A stretch of 64,000 nucleotides of DNA from an uncultured Gammaproteobacteria bacterium (GTDB lineage: Bacteria; Patescibacteriota; Microgenomatia; PFEM01; DATLAM01). Shown here one piece after another: positions 58,577 through 64,000 of this stretch (position 1 is the first letter of the stretch; every line of letters begins with the position of its first letter). The stretch covers positions 8,647 to 72,646 of the forward strand of contig CAZMIZ010000002.1 of the NCBI GenBank assembly GCA_964566925.1. The letters are read 5' to 3'. The position numbers and the translations under genes were made by a program. Under the pieces are notes generated by a model that saw only the letters and a list, made by a program, of their open reading frames with translations, made no database searches and had not been told where the DNA came from.

Positions 58577-59773
58577 TTAGGATTTTTTCTTTATCTGATA
58601 ATATCTCTTTCCCTTTAATTTTTTTGGGAGGAGGTTTTTATCCTTGCGGGGATACTTTTCATAGTCGCGGCCGTAGCCCAAATCTTTCATTAACTTCGTT
58701 GAGGCGTTGAGGATTTCCAGGGGAATTGGGAGATTACCGTGTCTTCTAACATCTTCTTGGGCGGCTCTCAAACCATTGTAAGCCGACCGATCCTTTGGGG
58801 CTTTGGCGAGATAAACTGTTCCGTGGGCCAGATTGATAGCACATTCGGGATAACCAATCGTCTCACAGGCTCTAAAGACCTCGTTAGCAACTACCAGGGC
58901 GGTTGGTTGGGCCATTCCTATATCTTCACTGGCAAAGATAACCATTCGCCTAGCAATAAACAGGGGGTCTTCGCCTGCTTCCACCATCCGGGCTAGATAA
59001 TATAAGGCAGCGTTAATGTCACTAGCGCGCATGCTTTTAATATAGGCACTAATCGTGTTGTAATGCTCATCACCCGCTTTGTCATAAAGCAAAGATTGTT
59101 TTTGGAAAACATCTTTAATTAATTGAAGCGAAATGTTTTTCTTACCCCTATTAATCGAGCTGGCGATTTCGATGGCGTTTAAGGCGATCCGGGCGTCGCC
59201 GCTTGCGGCCTGGATTAAAAAATCAAGGGTTTTGGGTGCCATTTTTAATTTCAGTTCTTTTAAGCCTCTTTTAATGACGATCTTTAATTCTTCTGGTTCA
59301 AGTTGATTGAGAACAAAAACCCGGCTGCGTGACAAGAGCGGGCCAATGACCTCAAAAGAAGGATTTTCGGTCGTCGCCCCAATTAAGATGATAGTCCCCT
59401 TCTCTACATGAGGCAAAAAAGCATCTTGTTGGGCCTTATTGAACCGATGGATTTCGTCTAAGAAAAAAATTGTTTTTTGATTAAAGGCGTTTAAACGTTC
59501 CTCAGCCGCTTTGACAATCTGACGGACATCAGCCAGAGTGGTGGTGACCGCTGAATGAGAAGCAAAATGGCTTTTGGTTAGACCAGCAATAATATGAGCC
59601 AAAGTAGTTTTGCCTGACCCTGGTGGCCCCCAGAAAATTATTGAAGGTAACTGGTCTGATTGGATCAGCTTGCGGATGATCCCATCTCTCCCTACTAGAT
59701 GCTTTTGGCCAACAAACTCCTTAAGGGTTTTTGGTCGGATTCTGTCAGCTAGGGGTGATTGGGTTTTTCCCAT
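58577..59773 (-). CDS. rarA: Replication-associated recombination protein A (MgsA)
   Basis: PLADRIRP, GPPGSGKT, DEIHRFNKAQQD, ASEDIG. Confidence 0.95.
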   Translation of the reverse strand: MGKTQSPLADRIRPKTLKEFVGQKHLVGRDGIIRKLIQSDQLPSIIFWGPPGSGKTTLAHIIAGLTKSHFASHSAVTTTLADVRQIVKAAEERLNAFNQKTIFFLDEIHRFNKAQQDAFLPHVEKGTIILIGATTENPSFEVIGPLLSRSRVFVLNQLEPEELKIVIKRGLKELKLKMAPKTLDFLIQAASGDARIALNAIEIASSINRGKKNISLQLIKDVFQKQSLLYDKAGDEHYNTISAYIKSMRASDINAALYYLARMVEAGEDPLFIARRMVIFASEDIGMAQPTALVVANEVFRACETIGYPECAINLAHGTVYLAKAPKDRSAYNGLRAAQEDVRRHGNLPIPLEILNASTKLMKDLGYGRDYEKYPRKDKNLLPKKLKGKRYYQIKKKS

Positions 59774-59818
59774 AGTCTTATTTTAGCCGAAGAAAACCCA
59801 AAGAGTCAAGAGGTTGGT

Positions 59819-60145
59819 TTACTCTTCAAACTCGACTTCCATATCCAAGACTGGCGGGTTAAGGCCAGTTTCGCGAAGGTCAACTTCTTGGAGGTCAGTT
59901 TCGTTGGCTTCGAGGTCAACTTCAATGCTTAAAATAGTTGAGTCGTTGGCATAAGCTGAAGGAGTGGCCACGGTTTCTGAAATTGGGGTAGGCGTTGGCG
60001 TGGTTGAGGTCAATGATAGTCCCCCGCTTTCCAGCATTTGGTGAAGATAAGTCACCCAGAGAATGGCAAAGCTTAGAGAAAGAATGACGAAAATCAAAAC
60101 AACGATAATGATTTTCTGTTGTCGATGAATCGCTCTTTTAATCAC
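59819..60145 (-). CDS. Single-TM protein with PT linker and acidic tail
   Basis: TM, TPTPTP, IEVDL..ETDL, LNPP. Confidence 0.65.
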   Translation of the reverse strand: MIKRAIHRQQKIIIVVLIFVILSLSFAILWVTYLHQMLESGGLSLTSTTPTPTPISETVATPSAYANDSTILSIEVDLEANETDLQEVDLRETGLNPPVLDMEVEFEE

Positions 60146-60947
60146 CTTTTAACTCCCGAATAATCTCCAAAAGATAGGAATTGGCCTCTTTAAGGTATTG
60201 GTGGGATTCGCTTAGATTATCTTGAGCCTCACTGTAAACGTTACCTTTATTCTGCTCACGCGCTTTGAGTTTGGCTAAAAGGGATTGGGCGGCAAATTGT
60301 TTTTCTTTGCTTAGAGTTAGCCGATTTTGGGCTTCCAAAAGCCAGCGCTCTATGGTTTTGGTGTCTATTTTGCCTTCTTGTCTGATTTGGGCCACCTTGT
60401 CTTCAAGGGCATTAATTTGTTCCTGAACCTGATCCCGAAGAAGGTTCTCTTTACCGGCCAGGACAGTTCCTAACGTTTGATAAGCAATCACTTCCGTTTC
60501 TGGATAACGTTCCTGAGCTTCTTGTGAGAGATCAACCAGATCAGGAATGGTGCCGGCGCTGGTGATGGTATAGCGGTGGCCTTCATACCAGGAAATTTCG
60601 TTATTCAATCTAAGCTTAACAATTTGCTGCTCATAAGGAGAAACTCCTGATGTTTCGCTCAACTTAAGCCTTAGGGCTAGTAAATAAGTTCTGGTGGTTT
60701 CATCCCGAGTCTCGAGTATTTTTTTGGTTTTTTCTAGGGCGGTTGTTTTGGAGGTTAAAGTTTTGTAAGCCAAATATTGCTGCTTAGCGGCCACATACTC
60801 AGTGTGGGCGGTCCGATACTGGTTGTAATTATAGAGATAGTCGTTGTAAGCGCGAGTAAAATTATATTCCTGGCCAAGGGCAGGGGGAATCAACAAGGAA
60901 GAAAAAATAAGGAATAAAAAGAAGGAGATGATAGGCAGATACTTCAT
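60138..60947 (-). CDS. Secreted helical/coiled-coil protein
   Basis: Signal peptide, helical body. Confidence 0.7.
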   Translation of the reverse strand: MKYLPIISFFLFLIFSSLLIPPALGQEYNFTRAYNDYLYNYNQYRTAHTEYVAAKQQYLAYKTLTSKTTALEKTKKILETRDETTRTYLLALRLKLSETSGVSPYEQQIVKLRLNNEISWYEGHRYTITSAGTIPDLVDLSQEAQERYPETEVIAYQTLGTVLAGKENLLRDQVQEQINALEDKVAQIRQEGKIDTKTIERWLLEAQNRLTLSKEKQFAAQSLLAKLKAREQNKGNVYSEAQDNLSESHQYLKEANSYLLEIIRELKGD

Positions 60948-60978
60948 GCTTTCATCTTACAATTTGGAAATTAAAATT

Positions 60979-61350
60979 TCAACTACCTAAAAGATTTAAA
61001 ATGATTTGCTGGATAGGATCGGTGGTAATCGGGTCTTGGCTGATAAAAAAGATTGAACCGATAAAAATTAAAGCCCCCACAACGATATGGGCAATCTTAA
61101 TTTCATGGGCGGGTTTGACGAGAAGGGCCAGGCCATAAGTACCACTAGCAATCATGCTGATATAGATGATGATTGCTTTTTCGATTAGACTTTCTTCAGC
61201 CCCTAGAGATTGATAGCCGTGATAGTTGGCCAATTGGGGGTAAACAAAGAAGATGGCACTGACAGAAAGTAAAATTTGATAAAGGCCAGAGAGAATGAGG
61301 AGAACAGAAGTTATTTTGGCCAAGAGATACCTGAGATCCATTTTAGTCAA
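60979..61350 (-). CDS. Small membrane protein
   Basis: Three hydrophobic segments. Confidence 0.6.
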   Translation of the reverse strand: MTKMDLRYLLAKITSVLLILSGLYQILLSVSAIFFVYPQLANYHGYQSLGAEESLIEKAIIIYISMIASGTYGLALLVKPAHEIKIAHIVVGALIFIGSIFFISQDPITTDPIQQIILNLLGS

Positions 61351-61391
61351 TCATACATCATTGGAATGAGGTCAACAACCGGCTTTTATTT

Positions 61392-62603
61392 TTACTCGTA
61401 TCTTAAGGCGTCAATGGGGTTTAACCTGGCGGCCTTAGCGGCCGGAGCCACGCCAAAAATAATCCCAATTACGCTGGAAACGCCAAAGGCCAGGCCAATA
61501 GCCCAGGGAGTAACCGTGGTCGTAAAAAAGCGTCCTACCAGGAAGGCACCCCCTATTCCCAGAAGGATACCAATTAAACCTCCAAATAAGGAAAGAACCA
61601 CAGCCTCGATTAAAAATTGAGTAAGGATATTTTGAGGGGTGGCACCAACCGCCTTGCGGAGACCGACTTCTCGCGTCCTTTCGGTAACCGAAACCAACAT
61701 GATATTCATAATCCCAATCCCGCCAACTATTAGAGAAATAGCGGCGATGCCTCCTAGGGCGGCGGTTAAGACGCTAAGAATGCTGGAAACAACGCTTAAG
61801 ATACTTTTGGTGTCCAAAACAGAAAATTCATCATCGTCTAAAGTTTTAAGAAGAATTTTTTCAATCTCTTCTTTGGTTTCAGGAACCGTTTCCGAGCTTT
61901 GGGATTGAACCCAAAGCGATTGGATGTATTCCATGTCGAACTGGCGCATGGCGGTCGTCGCCGGGATAAACACCTGGTCATCCATGTCAATTCCGCCAAA
62001 GCTCCCCTTCTCCTCTAAAACTCCGATGACAGAATATCTCTGATCCGAAACGGTTATTTTTTTGCCAATGGGATCTTCTTGGTCAAAAAGATCTTCAGCC
62101 ACACTTTTCCCTAAAACGGCTACCTTTTTGGCTGAATTATATTGAGATTGAGAAAAAAAAGATCCTTGAGCTATTTTTTGGTCTCGAACTTCTTGATAAT
62201 TTGGGCTAACCCCTGAGACTTGGGTAATATGGGTTTTGCCTTTATAGCTCATGGTACCGTTGTTTTCAGTATAAGCCATGACGTGCTTAATGGTTTTAGC
62301 CTGCCTTTCCAAATCAGTCACGTGGTCGAAGGTGAATTTTGAGGCGGCTGCACCTGCTCCTGGGACGCCCCCGCCCCCACCGCCACCAGGTTCAATTTCA
62401 AATTCTCCGGGAATAACAAAAAGCCCATTTGCTCCCAGACCCTCCAATTGTTTGGTGATATAGGTTTTTAAACCTGAACCGATGGAGATAAGGAGAATCA
62501 CCGAGGTGACGCCAATAATAATTCCTAACATGGTTAGAAAGGAGCGCATTTTGTTGGCTTTTAAGGCCTCAAGGGCAACTTTAATGGCTTCAGCTAGATC
62601 CAC
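61392..62603 (-). CDS. ABC transporter permease (MacB/FtsX-like)
   Basis: RSFLTMLGIIIG, GIMNIMLVSVTERTRE, PIDALRYE. Confidence 0.93.
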   Translation of the reverse strand: MDLAEAIKVALEALKANKMRSFLTMLGIIIGVTSVILLISIGSGLKTYITKQLEGLGANGLFVIPGEFEIEPGGGGGGGVPGAGAAASKFTFDHVTDLERQAKTIKHVMAYTENNGTMSYKGKTHITQVSGVSPNYQEVRDQKIAQGSFFSQSQYNSAKKVAVLGKSVAEDLFDQEDPIGKKITVSDQRYSVIGVLEEKGSFGGIDMDDQVFIPATTAMRQFDMEYIQSLWVQSQSSETVPETKEEIEKILLKTLDDDEFSVLDTKSILSVVSSILSVLTAALGGIAAISLIVGGIGIMNIMLVSVTERTREVGLRKAVGATPQNILTQFLIEAVVLSLFGGLIGILLGIGGAFLVGRFFTTTVTPWAIGLAFGVSSVIGIIFGVAPAAKAARLNPIDALRYE

Positions 62604-63264
62604 TGGTTACTTCTCCGTCAACTATTTTAATTATTCTTTTGGCAAACTTGGCAATTTGAGATTCATGGGTAACCACTACCACGGTGTGACCTTTTTGGTT
62701 CAAATTTTTTAGAATTTTCATAATTTCGACTCCGGCTTTTGAATCAAGGTTTCCCGTGGGTTCATCAGCAAAAATGATGGCCGGATTGTTAATCAGGGCA
62801 CGAGCAATGGCCACTCTTTGTTGTTCGCCTCCAGAAAGCTGGTTAGGAAGATGATTGATTCGATCACCCAAATTAACTGTTTTTAAAGCCTTAATTGCCT
62901 CTCGTTTCATTTTCGAATAGGAAAAATTAGCGTAAAAAAGAGGGAGCATGACATTATCCAGGGCCGAGGTGCGAGGGATTAAATTGAAGGCTTGGAAAAC
63001 AAAACCAATTTTTTTGTTTCTGATCCGAGCCAATTCTGACTCTGAAAACTTGGAAACATCTTTGCCTTCAAGAAAAACTTTGCCCGAAGTAGGGGTATCA
63101 AGACAACCGGCAATGTGCATTAAAGTGGATTTGCCGCTTCCCGAAGGCCCCATGATGGCCAGAAAATCACCCTTTTTAATGGCCAGATTTATTTTTTTAA
63201 TAGCCTGAACTGCTAAAGAATCAAGGCGGTAGTTTTTGGAAACATTGACGAGCTTGAGAAGCAT
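62590..63264 (-). CDS. ABC transporter ATP-binding protein (LolD/MacB-like)
   Basis: [26 protein letters not shown]. Confidence 0.95.
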   Translation of the reverse strand: MLLKLVNVSKNYRLDSLAVQAIKKINLAIKKGDFLAIMGPSGSGKSTLMHIAGCLDTPTSGKVFLEGKDVSKFSESELARIRNKKIGFVFQAFNLIPRTSALDNVMLPLFYANFSYSKMKREAIKALKTVNLGDRINHLPNQLSGGEQQRVAIARALINNPAIIFADEPTGNLDSKAGVEIMKILKNLNQKGHTVVVVTHESQIAKFAKRIIKIVDGEVTSGSS

Positions 63265-63272
63265 GACTTTGA

Positions 63273-64000
63273 TTACTTCTTTTCTCCGGTAATCACTACT
63301 TGCCCTTCCGAGAGGCCTTCAATAATTTCTACTCTCGTGTCTGATTCAATTCCCGACTTAACTTTGACTTCTTTTATTTTTCTGCCTTCAATAATCTCAA
63401 CAGATTTTTCTCCATCTTTTTCGCTAAGGGCTTCGGTGGGAATAGTGATTACCTCTTCCTTTTGGGCAATGATAATTTCCGCGTCGCCGTTCATGCCTAC
63501 TTTAAATCTCTCTTCCGTGTTTTCAGGTAGGTAGATATCCACTGGAAAAGCGGTCCCGCCGCCTCTGGTGGTGATGGCCGCAAAAGCGATTTGAGCTATT
63601 TCTCCTTCAAATTCTTGGTCAGGATAAGCGTCAAGGGCAACAACGACTTTTTGCCCCACTCGGATATTGCCGACGTCGGCTTCGTCGACATTGGCCACGA
63701 ATTTCATTTCCAGAGAACCAGCGATGGTAAAGGTGGCGGTGGCGGGAGTGATGTTAACGCCGGCAATGGGGACATCAATATTGGTGACGATGCCCTCCAT
63801 AGGGCTAATAATGGTGGCTAATTTAACGGTGAGATCAGCTATTTCGACATCCAAAATAGTGTTATCAAGGTCGAATTGGGCTTTTTCCAAAATTCTTTGG
63901 AAGGCGTCGGTAATGTAAATTTCCTCATAGTCTTCATGGGTTTGTTCAAAATCCCAACGCTCATTCATGTAATCGTTAAGTTCCTTTTTTAATTTTTTTT
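63273..64000 (-). CDS. Efflux periplasmic adaptor (MFP) subunit, 5'-truncated by window
   Basis: ISPMEGIV, VDEADV..GQ, GMNG, EGLSEG. Confidence 0.85.
   Translation of the reverse strand, partial: KKLKKELNDYMNERWDFEQTHEDYEEIYITDAFQRILEKAQFDLDNTILDVEIADLTVKLATIISPMEGIVTNIDVPIAGVNITPATATFTIAGSLEMKFVANVDEADVGNIRVGQKVVVALDAYPDQEFEGEIAQIAFAAITTRGGGTAFPVDIYLPENTEERFKVGMNGDAEIIIAQKEEVITIPTEALSEKDGEKSVEIIEGRKIKEVKVKSGIESDTRVEIIEGLSEGQVVITGEKK

Overview
Gene-dense, mostly housekeeping chromosomal segment. The compact spacing, short PheT, trigger factor without a PPIase domain, type IV pilus locus without a secretin, and single Xer recombinase suggest a Patescibacteria (CPR) genome, probably Microgenomates-like; this is inference. 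It encodes the 3' end of dnaB, efp, lgt, gyrA/gyrB, holB, a 12.4-kb type IV pilus operon with about 10 pilin-like genes, rpsP-rnc-nusB-rpmF-recG, tyrS, dtd, a class A PBP, thrS-infC-rpmI-rplT, pheST, tig, repair genes and an ABC efflux system. Four non-coding or unannotated structures stand out. (1) A complete tRNA-Leu(CAA) gene is nested in the anticodon loop of a second Leu-type tRNA scaffold that has no obvious anticodon (1051-1269). (2) An apparent ribosome-mediated Phe attenuator lies upstream of pheST, with a 17-aa leader peptide, an antiterminator and a terminator. (3) A symmetric dif-like site lies near the Xer gene, with half-sites at its promoter, where gene orientation converges. 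(4) Heptamer tandem repeats and a small palindromic insertion occur inside coding regions. No CRISPR array, rRNA or transposase was seen. All calls come from reading the sequence; no searches were run.
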